This document shows, in pieces, positions 56,726 to 64,000 of a stretch of DNA of 64,000 nucleotides (the first letter of the stretch is position 1; the number at the start of each line of letters is the position of its first letter). The stretch lies in IMG/VR virus record IMGVR_UViG_3300021255_002239, positions 638 to 64,637 of that record. The stretch is one strand, 5' to 3'. The position numbers were made by a program, and so were the translations under genes. Under the pieces are notes generated by a model. The model was not told where the DNA came from, did not search any database, and saw only the letters and a program-made list of their open reading frames with translations. This DNA is from a virus (Duplodnaviria; Caudoviricetes).

Positions 56726-57018
56726 CCTTCGCCCTCCGTCCGATCAATGGCCTGACCGCAAAATTCGCATCTAATGCTGACTGACGCCATCCATGTGTTC
56801 TGAACACTTTTTGCTCTATATCCGACATACCTTCCGCAAGTCGGGCAGTCCAATCTATGCAAGTCGCTATTTTCAGGGTCTACGTTATCCACGGGTTTCA
56901 TCGGTATCTGCTTCTGCATCGCTTTCATCGCAATTTCCACCGCCCACGGGTCAACGTCCACGGCTGTCTGGATGTGCCGGATTGCACACTGAATGCGTTC
57001 AATTTCTTGTGGTATCAT
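56722..57018 (-). CDS. Zinc-ribbon hypothetical protein
   Basis: KQIPMKP, CPTCG, CEFCGQAID. Confidence 0.65.
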   Translation of the reverse strand: MIPQEIERIQCAIRHIQTAVDVDPWAVEIAMKAMQKQIPMKPVDNVDPENSDLHRLDCPTCGRYVGYRAKSVQNTWMASVSIRCEFCGQAIDRTEGEG

Positions 57019-57229
57019 CCTTCGCCCTCCTGTTCCACGCTTCGATTGCCATCCGTGGCTCTTCATATATCCCTATCTTACAGCCACATACATTATCTAT
57101 ACATTTAACTGTGTAAAAAAAGCCAGTTTCTCTTGCTTTGCCAAATACATCTGTATACGTAAAACTTGTATGCGCAAAATTCAATTCCGCTTGACCACCG
57201 CAAAACGGACATGGTTTCAATTCACTCAT
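56999..57229 (-). CDS. Lar-like restriction alleviation protein
   Basis: ELKPCPFCGG...C...C...AIEAWNRR. Confidence 0.8.
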   Translation of the reverse strand: MSELKPCPFCGGQAELNFAHTSFTYTDVFGKARETGFFYTVKCIDNVCGCKIGIYEEPRMAIEAWNRRAKDDTTRN

Positions 57230-57522
57230 TCTTCCACCCTTTCCGCTTTTATCTGGTCGATGGTAACCGGTGTTCCGTCCGCATTCAGTGCAACAGTTAT
57301 CCCTGCTCGTCTAAAACCATTGAATTGCAAATATACAACCCCAGTATTATTGTCTATTACATAAAAATAATCATATGAATCTGTGTCTTTAGCGATAATC
57401 GAAATATCAGGCGCGATATATTCGCTTGAATATCCGGGTGTTGAACTTGACTGTCCTTCTTTGCATCCTGCCAGCATGAACAGCATAGCAGTTAAGCATA
57501 TAATTGCTATCGTTTTTCTCAT
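57226..57522 (-). CDS. Lipoprotein (DUF6440-like)
   Basis: Lipobox LAGC; IDNNTGVVYL...GITVALNADGTP. Confidence 0.7.
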   Translation of the reverse strand: MRKTIAIICLTAMLFMLAGCKEGQSSSTPGYSSEYIAPDISIIAKDTDSYDYFYVIDNNTGVVYLQFNGFRRAGITVALNADGTPVTIDQIKAERVEE

Positions 57523-57577
57523 TCTTCCACTCCTTTTTAAGTTGCAATAAGTTGCAATAAAGTTGCATAACAATTGC

Positions 57578-58060
57578 TTATCCACCCATATTCGGAAACG
57601 GACAATCCCACTCCCAGTCCTCATATTTCTTAATATTCTCGACAGGTTTTCTTCCGCGAATGATAATAATCTCCTGCGTATATTCCATTCCGCACTCAAT
57701 CCCGAAAAGCTTGATATCCACATTGTACTCGTCAGAAATAGCCTTCCAGTTCGCAAGATCCTCTGTTTCTCTTCCTGTATCAAAGCCCCATGCCTGTTTG
57801 ACATCCACACAGACAACGCCTTCGTCTGCTTCCATGTATACGCAGCCATCTGTGATAAAAGCTCTTCTGGTCCCTTTGATGTGCGGCTCGTCTTTAAAAC
57901 GAAAATCAAGATATTCTTCGCCACTATGATCGAACACCTGTTCTTCAATCTTATTGGATTCTCCAGCCCACGAACTCGGATCAAGACCATCCTTGAAAAA
58001 CCTGTATATATCTTCACGCTTTCCACGAAGCTTCATTGTTCCTTTAATCCAATTTGGCAT
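57578..58060 (-). CDS. Hypothetical phage protein
   Basis: MPNWIKGTMKLRG, KQAW, FGIECGMEY. Confidence 0.7.
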   Translation of the reverse strand: MPNWIKGTMKLRGKREDIYRFFKDGLDPSSWAGESNKIEEQVFDHSGEEYLDFRFKDEPHIKGTRRAFITDGCVYMEADEGVVCVDVKQAWGFDTGRETEDLANWKAISDEYNVDIKLFGIECGMEYTQEIIIIRGRKPVENIKKYEDWEWDCPFPNMGG

Positions 58061-58110
58061 CACATTCACCTCTCATCTTTCCACCTCTCTCAAAATTCCG
58101 GCTGTTACCT

Positions 58111-58225
58111 CAGTAGGTAAAGATTTGCACTTTACATAGTTTTCGACTTGGTCGTCATAAGCTGTCACCTACTCTAAACCTCGCATTCTATTAGCTCAGC
58201 GTCTACCTATTCCGCCACCACGCAG
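58111..58225 (-). ncRNA. tRNA-like structured element
   Basis: D-arm-like TGGCGGAATAGGTAGACGC and T-arm-like GTAAAG TGCAAAT CTTTAC, no clean anticodon or acceptor arm. Confidence 0.4.
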
Positions 58226-58261
58226 GTCATTTAACTGGCTCTTAGTCAGCACCGGAAGAAA

Positions 58262-58426
58262 TCACATAATTACAACAGCTTCTTTGTTGAAATTTGTTTC
58301 TGGATAGTATTTTATCTCCGACACATTCACCATATCCTGTCCAATACGTATATAGATATCTGGGTTCCATAATCCTTCTGACATTTCAACCTGTTCGAGT
58401 TTTTCATAGAACGTTGCAATATCCAT
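58262..58426 (-). CDS. Small hypothetical protein (54 aa, not in ORF track)
   Basis: MDIATFYEKLEQV..., GAGG RBS. Confidence 0.5.
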   Translation of the reverse strand: MDIATFYEKLEQVEMSEGLWNPDIYIRIGQDMVNVSEIKYYPETNFNKEAVVIM

Positions 58427-58431
58427 CCTCA

Positions 58432-58644
58432 TCACCTCAAATCACTAATAGATAATGCCTTACGGCATTCCCAACAATAGATCAATGGATCGTCCCCGTG
58501 CGTCTCATACATGAATTTTCTTATTGGATTTTTTGACGCTTCCCCGTTTGATTTCATTTTATAAACGATTCCGTAATCTCCAAAATATTCCATCACTATC
58601 TGGCCGCCGCAATACGGGCATTTCACGGCTGTTTCCTCTTGCAA
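58432..58644 (-). CDS. Zinc-ribbon hypothetical protein
   Basis: CPYCG ... CWEC. Confidence 0.55.
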   Translation of the reverse strand: MQEETAVKCPYCGGQIVMEYFGDYGIVYKMKSNGEASKNPIRKFMYETHGDDPLIYCWECRKALSISDLR

Positions 58645-58740
58645 TTCCGGCCAACACAGTCGGCAACAGACAATCCCTTGCGTGCACTCAAGTTCTGCTC
58701 ACTGGACATTTAACTGACAAGGAAGTCAGCACCGTGTAAT

Positions 58741-58989
58741 TTAATACCATCCACCTGTCTTGGATTTCTTACCAGTTGCCTTTTTGAATACACCTGTTTC
58801 AACACATTTCGTGCCTACGCATGGTCTTGGCTTCTTCTCAATGACTATGTAGTAGCAACAGTTATCTGCCCAGTAATCACATTTTGAACAGACATTTTCG
58901 TGTAGTTTTCTGCGCCGTTCGTTCGTGATCTTTTTGAATTCTGCGACACGTTCTGCCATCTTTGCTCTGGCCACTAAATACTCACTCAT
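58741..58989 (-). CDS. Cys-rich hypothetical protein
   Basis: CSKCDYW..CCY...RPC...C. Confidence 0.55.
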   Translation of the reverse strand: MSEYLVARAKMAERVAEFKKITNERRRKLHENVCSKCDYWADNCCYYIVIEKKPRPCVGTKCVETGVFKKATGKKSKTGGWY

Positions 58990-59179
58990 CTTCCACCTCT
59001 ACTACCTTGAACCGCTTGATATAGCTTTTGTGGCTATAATTTGGATTCTTGCTTTTTGAAAAACACACCTTTGCGCTTTCATAACTGATGCCCATTTTGT
59101 CAGCGATTTCTTTGACGCTGGCTCCCACTATCTCAGGCAGTTCACATTCGTCTGGTGACACTATAAGATACAATTTCAA
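58982..59179 (-). CDS. Small HTH-like protein
   Basis: SVKEIADKMGISYES. Confidence 0.55.
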   Translation of the reverse strand: MKLYLIVSPDECELPEIVGASVKEIADKMGISYESAKVCFSKSKNPNYSHKSYIKRFKVVEVEDE

Positions 59180-59874
59180 ATCGCATCACTTCCCCTTATT
59201 TCGCTGAATGGAACCTTTTCATACTTCTTAACTAACGGAAGGTGATTCCACGCTTTGATTCCTGCAAAATGCTTTATCTTGCAAGCGTTTGGTCTGACAA
59301 CCCAATCATTATCGTTATAATCACTTGGCAACATAAGGATCCGTCCCTGACATAGATAGTTCATTACATCCTGGTCTACCCACCGGTAATAACTCCTGTT
59401 CAGAACATAAACCATCTCATAGGCTTTACCTTCATTCCGAAGCTTATCCAGGTTGAACATCGTAACTCCGGCATTACAATAGACCAGTCCGTTTCTTGTC
59501 CTGTGTGTCTCAGGAACAGCTGCGAAGTAATACTCATTCAAGTCCAGACCCCATAGATCTGAGATGTCTTTGTCAATTATCGTGTCCACATCCAACGACA
59601 AGATCCTGTCCAGATTAGGAAACACAAATGCCAGCGCAGCTCTCATCAGTGCCATGTACGAATAAGGTGTCTTCATGTTCGGACCATTTTTATGAAAATA
59701 TTTCTGGTTCTTCACATTGATTGTTTTGATACATTCTGGCAGTTCAAACGGAAACTCATCATCCTCTACAAGCAGATAAATGACATCTACGTTAGAATTG
59801 ATTAGCAGTGACTTTGATGCCGTCACCATGTCTGGATACAGATTTCGTGTCCCTGTGTATACCGCTGCTTTCAT
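59176..59874 (-). CDS. Glycosyltransferase family 8
   Basis: RILSLDVDTII (DxD), YCNAGV, DQDVMN, HFAG. Confidence 0.88.
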   Translation of the reverse strand: MKAAVYTGTRNLYPDMVTASKSLLINSNVDVIYLLVEDDEFPFELPECIKTINVKNQKYFHKNGPNMKTPYSYMALMRAALAFVFPNLDRILSLDVDTIIDKDISDLWGLDLNEYYFAAVPETHRTRNGLVYCNAGVTMFNLDKLRNEGKAYEMVYVLNRSYYRWVDQDVMNYLCQGRILMLPSDYNDNDWVVRPNACKIKHFAGIKAWNHLPLVKKYEKVPFSEIRGSDAI

Positions 59875-59877
59875 TTT

Positions 59878-60627
59878 TTATTTCTCCGTTTCCTCTGGAA
59901 AATGCTCTTTTGTTACTGCTATAGGAAACTCTTCAATTTCGGATGCCCATATAGCTGTTCCTTTTCCGTTGCACATCTCCCAACAATACGGGAAACCGCC
60001 TATACCATCGAACAATGATCCCAAAGTTGCCGGTCTTTCGTATTGCGCTGCGATTCTCCTGAGAAGGTAAAACCAGAACGGAATTGCAATGCTGTTTCCC
60101 AAAGCCTTATACCGTGCGCTATCTGAAACCTTCTTACGTTTACCATCAGTGCCGATGTAATAACGCTCAATCTCTACCACATTGCCGTCATCATCATATT
60201 TAGGCTGTGGCTCACCTATTAAAGTCCATCCATCAGGAAATCCCTGAAGACGTTCGCATTCCAGGGGAGTAAGTCTTCTCACAACTGTTTTACCGATAAT
60301 CGGTTTTTCTTTTTCCTGTGCCATAAGCGTTGTTGATACACCATTCTCTGTGATTCCATAATGGTCCTTCTGACTACTAATCACAGTAGGTTCATTGCTA
60401 TAGTCCAAGTTGTTTTCCCCCCCCGTATTACTATTTGAGGATCTTTGTAATCCCTTGCTTTTAACACTTGTGCCGACTCTTCCACTGCTGTTAAGTGAAA
60501 AGCTTCTAGTGTTATTGATTTCATCTCTCTTCTCCGTAACAAACATATCGTTATAAGCATCCTGTCCGCAGTAACTCCCCGGATGGCTGTTCGCCATCAG
60601 AGGGCCTGTTGTTTTCTGATAACTCAT
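59878..60627 (-). CDS. C5 cytosine methyltransferase part carrying motifs IX, X, I, II (circularly permuted)
   Basis: RRLTPLECERLQGFP (IX), YKALGNSI (X), LGSLFDGIGGF (I), WASEIEEF (II). Confidence 0.88.
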   Translation of the reverse strand: MSYQKTTGPLMANSHPGSYCGQDAYNDMFVTEKRDEINNTRSFSLNSSGRVGTSVKSKGLQRSSNSNTGGENNLDYSNEPTVISSQKDHYGITENGVSTTLMAQEKEKPIIGKTVVRRLTPLECERLQGFPDGWTLIGEPQPKYDDDGNVVEIERYYIGTDGKRKKVSDSARYKALGNSIAIPFWFYLLRRIAAQYERPATLGSLFDGIGGFPYCWEMCNGKGTAIWASEIEEFPIAVTKEHFPEETEK

Positions 60628-60826
60628 AAACTTTCCCTTTACAGATAGAACACAAGCATCCGTGTTCTTCATCGTATTTTTCGAGAATCTCAATGATATT
60701 GCTGAAGCACCAGGACGATTCGTTCAAATGAAAATTGATCTGTTCGTCATCCCACTCTTCCGGGAACTCCATCGGAAGGTTGATTTCTATCCTGACTGTT
60801 CGTTTCTGCCTCTGATAGGACAACAA
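60551..60826 (-). CDS. Hypothetical protein embedded in methyltransferase locus
   Basis: FHLNESSWCFSNI...GCLCSIC; protein-like, start uncertain. Confidence 0.45.
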   Translation of the reverse strand: MLSYQRQKRTVRIEINLPMEFPEEWDDEQINFHLNESSWCFSNIIEILEKYDEEHGCLCSICKGKVYELSENNRPSDGEQPSGELLRTGCL

Positions 60827-61616
60827 TCATCACTCCTTTGTAATCTCTGCTGTTCATTGTGAATGCAGTACCCCCTATACATATTTTCGGTGTAGGATGG
60901 TCTGCTATAAATCCAATCAATTCCATATCTCTATTATCAATTTGTCTTGCTCGACATACTGTCTGTTTGGTCCCTTGTAGTCATCGTATTGCAATGCTCC
61001 GACCGTTCGCTGGTATAAGAGATGATCAATACTTCTGACCCCCCCCATATGAACCGCCCTTATTTCTAAGGGTTACAGACACATCGTCTTCATGCCATTC
61101 AAAGAACCGTTTTTCGGTTAGTGTTATCTTCTTCGCCATGTATTTCAATCACCAACGGAACATTACCTCCCCAAGTTCCCATCCGCTGACTAAGGGTTTG
61201 GCATATGTCATCTTCAATAATCCGCACTCTTGAATCATTCGGATGATGTTCTAGCGGTATGAATCTCAACTATCGCCACCCCCCCCTGATTACAGGCCGG
61301 ATTTACGGTCATCACATCAAGTGTCCTCACTCTGTCTATTTCATGGGCATATGGAGTTTTGGATCGCAACGCACCTTCGCTGTTATAGCTGTGAATGCTA
61401 TATGCCACGCAATGTACTTCTGTAGAATTCAATGTGTACATCGCCCCCCCCCAATCTATATCCGTCACCTTTGTGTGATGGCCTTACTCCGTTTCCTTCC
61501 AGACAAACAATGTCTGATCCTGCAATGTGCTTAGTGTTGCTGATTTGTTCCATTGAACCAATGCACCTTTTCCACCGCCGTTACACCCCCCCCGAATTTT
61601 AAGTGTTGCTATGCAC
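60747..61616 (-). other. Methyltransferase variable region made of short modules in alternating reading frames with poly-G tracts
   Basis: Modules ATLKIRGGCNGGGKGALVQ, CLEGNGVRPSHKGDG, MYTLNSTEVH, LEHHPNDSRV..CQTLSQRMGT, TLRNKGGSYGG, GALQYDDYKGP, TMNSRDYKG; plus-strand C tracts at 61039 (8), 61279 (8), 61444 (9), 61586 (8). Confidence 0.7.
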
Positions 61617-62045
61617 TCCCTTCATCTGATTCTCCAAGGCTTCTTTCAGAATCTCTGGAAGTTGTTTCCCTCGTTTGGCAGCTCTGTTCAGGATTCCAGC
61701 ACAAGCCTTTGCGCTCAAATAGAATCTCTGGTGCGCTGAGTCCTCCAAAATCTGCGACAAGTGCGATTCGTTTTCTTCTTTGGGGGACTCCCCAAAACTG
61801 TGCATCGTGTACTCTCCAAGCAATGCTCCATTTTCCCAACTCATCGTAGATACATCCTGATTTGCTCCACCCCCCCCTGTCAGGCAAAGGCAGATTTGGG
61901 ATTGTTTTTTCTGACACTTTGATGATTTCTTCGATAACTGTCTTGAAATCTTTTCCTTTGTTACTGCTGAATGCTCCTGGAACATTTTCCCAGACCATGT
62001 ATCGAGGTCGAACAAGGAAACCTGTCCTTCCACTTGCCCTATCAC
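61599..62045 (-). CDS. Nested alternative-frame ORF resembling the beta polypeptide of heterodimeric C5 methyltransferases
   Basis: GKMFQEHS, LSQILED, YLSAKACAGILNRAAKRGKQLPEILKEALE; lies within the catalytic ORF in another frame. Confidence 0.7.
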   Translation of the reverse strand: MIGQVEGQVSLFDLDTWSGKMFQEHSAVTKEKISRQLSKKSSKCQKKQSQICLCLTGGGGANQDVSTMSWENGALLGEYTMHSFGESPKEENESHLSQILEDSAHQRFYLSAKACAGILNRAAKRGKQLPEILKEALENQMKGVHSNT

Positions 62046-62223
62046 GTTCTCTCATCTCCTTTACGATTCTTATCTGTTCCATGAATAATCCAGAACGTTC
62101 ACCTGACAACCCTTCTCTTTTTCCGGCGACTGACAAGTCTTGGCATGGCGAACCGCCTGTTATAACATCAACTATCGGAAGTTCATATCCAGATAGTTTC
62201 GTAATATCTCCATAGTGTTTCAT
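61609..62223 (-). CDS. C5 cytosine methyltransferase catalytic part (motifs III-VIII)
   Basis: GDITKL, GGSPCQDLS (IV), GLF, WENVPG (VI), AQFWGVPQRRKR (VIII). Confidence 0.92.
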   Translation of the reverse strand: MKHYGDITKLSGYELPIVDVITGGSPCQDLSVAGKREGLSGERSGLFMEQIRIVKEMRERDRASGRTGFLVRPRYMVWENVPGAFSSNKGKDFKTVIEEIIKVSEKTIPNLPLPDRGGWSKSGCIYDELGKWSIAWRVHDAQFWGVPQRRKRIALVADFGGLSAPEILFERKGLCWNPEQSCQTRETTSRDSERSLGESDEGSA

Positions 62224-62341
62224 TTGTTATCCTCGTCCTTCACAGTCGTCTCCGTCTGCTTCATCAGTTCTCTTCTGAGATTTCTAAGCTCTAGTGAAAC
62301 CTCTTTCACTGCTTTTATTAGTTCTCTAATATGGTAGTCAG

Positions 62342-62557
62342 TCAAACAAACTCACCTACCCCATCTCTATGCTTGATAAGAAATACCTTATCATCTACAC
62401 CTGAGTTTTTTGGAAACACGACAACTTCAATATTTGGGAATTCCTGTCTCAGAATAGGTGCGCTTTCCTGTGAACAGCACACTGTGAATCTGCCGATATG
62501 GTCATATACTTTGCTGATCTGATTGATAGTGTTCTGGATCATTTCAACAGTTATCAA
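62342..62557 (-). CDS. Hypothetical protein
   Basis: Short ORF with RBS. Confidence 0.5.
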   Translation of the reverse strand: MITVEMIQNTINQISKVYDHIGRFTVCCSQESAPILRQEFPNIEVVVFPKNSGVDDKVFLIKHRDGVGEFV

Positions 62558-62619
62558 ACAAGCTCACCTGCCTTAAATTTCGTGCTGATATGTAAACATC
62601 CTTTATTTTTCACTTTCTC

Positions 62620-62940
62620 CTATGCGTCTTTCGGAACGCTTATTCCGATGAACTCATCGAGGACAAGTTGCCCTTCAATTTGTTCATCTTCTTTCGGTTT
62701 ACGATTCAAAAATCTGACTTGCTTCACTATCGGATAATTTGTCAGGAGCGGAACATCAATCATTCCACAAGCCGTCCACTTCAATCTCCAGTCTGTGGCT
62801 TCTGATGATGACTCGCCGTACACAGCGCATTTGTACCATTTCCTGTTCGCCGTATATGAGCAAAGGTGCTGACAGTCCTTGCATTTCCTGTCTGGAATCT
62901 CACCGAAAAGACTATGCATTAGGTTAATTTTTCGAAGCAT
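62620..62940 (-). CDS. Cys-rich hypothetical protein
   Basis: CKDCQHL...WYKCAVYG...DWRLKWTACG. Confidence 0.65.
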   Translation of the reverse strand: MLRKINLMHSLFGEIPDRKCKDCQHLCSYTANRKWYKCAVYGESSSEATDWRLKWTACGMIDVPLLTNYPIVKQVRFLNRKPKEDEQIEGQLVLDEFIGISVPKDA

Positions 62941-64000
62941 TATTTCAAATACCTATCCGTTTCTGGTGTGCTATACTTCTCGATATAATACTCTTCGTTC
63001 GGAAAATACATTGGGAATCCACCGTATTTTCTGATCCAGAGATATATAAACCAATATCCCAAACCACCTTTAGGAACCCATAATCCACGTTCGTCAAACT
63101 CACCACCTCTAAGCTGCCAGTCAGCAAGATTTGGATTACTAAAGTCTATGGTTTTTTGAATTCTACAGTTACATTCTTTTTCGTGATGTGCGCCAAACCC
63201 ACATGCAAAACATCCTGTTCTTTCACATCCTGTTGTTTTAAGTAATGGCCGTTCCATGTCAAATATTCCGAAATCTTCCAAGTCCATCTGACCGTCTATT
63301 TCGTTTTCTTTTACGATTCGACCGTAAACAGATGCTATCTCGATATCTCTTCGGTACAAATACAGAAGCACATCCTGTTCAGTCCAGAACGACATTGGAT
63401 TGCTCATCGGCTTCTTTGCTTCGAATGCGTTACATCCCTGTCGAAGCCATATCTGAGTCCTGAGTCTGCTTTCGCTTGCCATCTGTGCTGTTATCGGCAC
63501 TCTACCTGTTTGCTTGGCATACCGGCTTGCAGGAGACTTCTTCATAACGTTGCAACACATATGACTTATTTCAAACGGAGCATCTAGCATAAACTGATAA
63601 CGTTCTTGTGAGAACATCGATTTATCTTTTTTGCTAGGGATATTCTCCATCGTTGCCATTCCCCTGGTCTGGAGAATGTTCATCATTCGTTGTACCCTGA
63701 AATTGTTTATAGTGGTTCCATAATCTTGCATCAATAGCGTTCTGAGCAGTAAGGATTCCATTGAGTAGCCCAAATCTTCTGACTTGTCCACCCCCCCGAC
63801 TCCTATTTTCTGACAATTCTGAATTGCTTGCCATATCTGCCGGTTCCGGTGAGTTTTTCCATCTCGAATAAATACCGATTCCTCTGAGTTTTCTGTACTT
63901 GTTGTCGTACCCCCCCAGTTAGCTTTCGCATACTTTCCGCATCCGCATAATCTTTCCAATCGGTATGAGTATGGCAGGTCGGTCGGTCGGTCGGTCGGTC
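62940..64000 (-). CDS. PAPS-reductase-like (PP-loop, Fe-S) protein, 3-prime part, 5-prime region frame-disrupted and running off the window
   Basis: CCNVMKKSP, TAQMASESRLR, SNPMSFWTEQDVL, RTGCFACGFG; upstream 63690-64000 has three overlapping frames. Confidence 0.8.
   Translation of the reverse strand, partial: PTDRPTDLPYSYRLERLCGCGKYAKANWGGTTTSTENSEESVFIRDGKTHRNRQIWQAIQNCQKIGVGGVDKSEDLGYSMESLLLRTLLMQDYGTTINNFRVQRMMNILQTRGMATMENIPSKKDKSMFSQERYQFMLDAPFEISHMCCNVMKKSPASRYAKQTGRVPITAQMASESRLRTQIWLRQGCNAFEAKKPMSNPMSFWTEQDVLLYLYRRDIEIASVYGRIVKENEIDGQMDLEDFGIFDMERPLLKTTGCERTGCFACGFGAHHEKECNCRIQKTIDFSNPNLADWQLRGGEFDERGLWVPKGGLGYWFIYLWIRKYGGFPMYFPNEEYYIEKYSTPETDRYLK
63977..64000. repeat. (GGTC)n tetranucleotide microsatellite, at least 6 copies, truncated by window end
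   Basis: ggtc x6. Confidence 0.9.

Noticed and set aside
57523-58026. N-terminal 168 aa of the 266-aa ORF 57226-58026
   Set aside because: Overlaps the better gene 57578-58060 in another frame; the real lipoprotein starts at 57522 with a signal peptide
1-64000. Genome-wide stop-codon reassignment
   Set aside because: Core genes are full length under the standard code, and TAA, TAG and TGA all terminate genes normally

Overview
The window is almost all of a temperate, long-tailed dsDNA phage genome (>64 kb). It probably infects a Clostridia/Lachnospiraceae-type host; this is inferred from gene content, not from a search. Nearly all genes are on the minus strand. In minus-strand reading order they are: a DNA-modification block (PAPS-reductase-like gene, split and permuted C5 methyltransferase, GT8), many small accessory genes, a nucleotide and replication block (nrdG, FNT transporter, thyX, dut, dnaN), a CCGG-rich island, terS, tRNA-Met, terL, portal, head, tail and lysis genes, attP, a plus-strand lysogeny module (cI, ImmA/IrrE, integrase), then cro/xis, recombination and replication genes. 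The integrase abuts the endolysin across an intact attP-like site, so this is the excised or circular form. The stand-out feature is at 10.9-12.4 kb. A lone RAMP/Cas7-like gene (11754-12422) is followed immediately by a 318-nt array of GGY-NN pentamers, split by GGCAGG junctions into five units, and then by a partner gene. This looks like a non-CRISPR, RNA-guided system in which the variable dinucleotides form a gapped guide. Other notable items: a methyltransferase variable region tiled across reading frames with poly-G switches, a -1 tail-chaperone frameshift, a glycosyltransferase inside the head module, and several structured RNA candidates. All protein calls come from motif recognition by eye; no database search was run.
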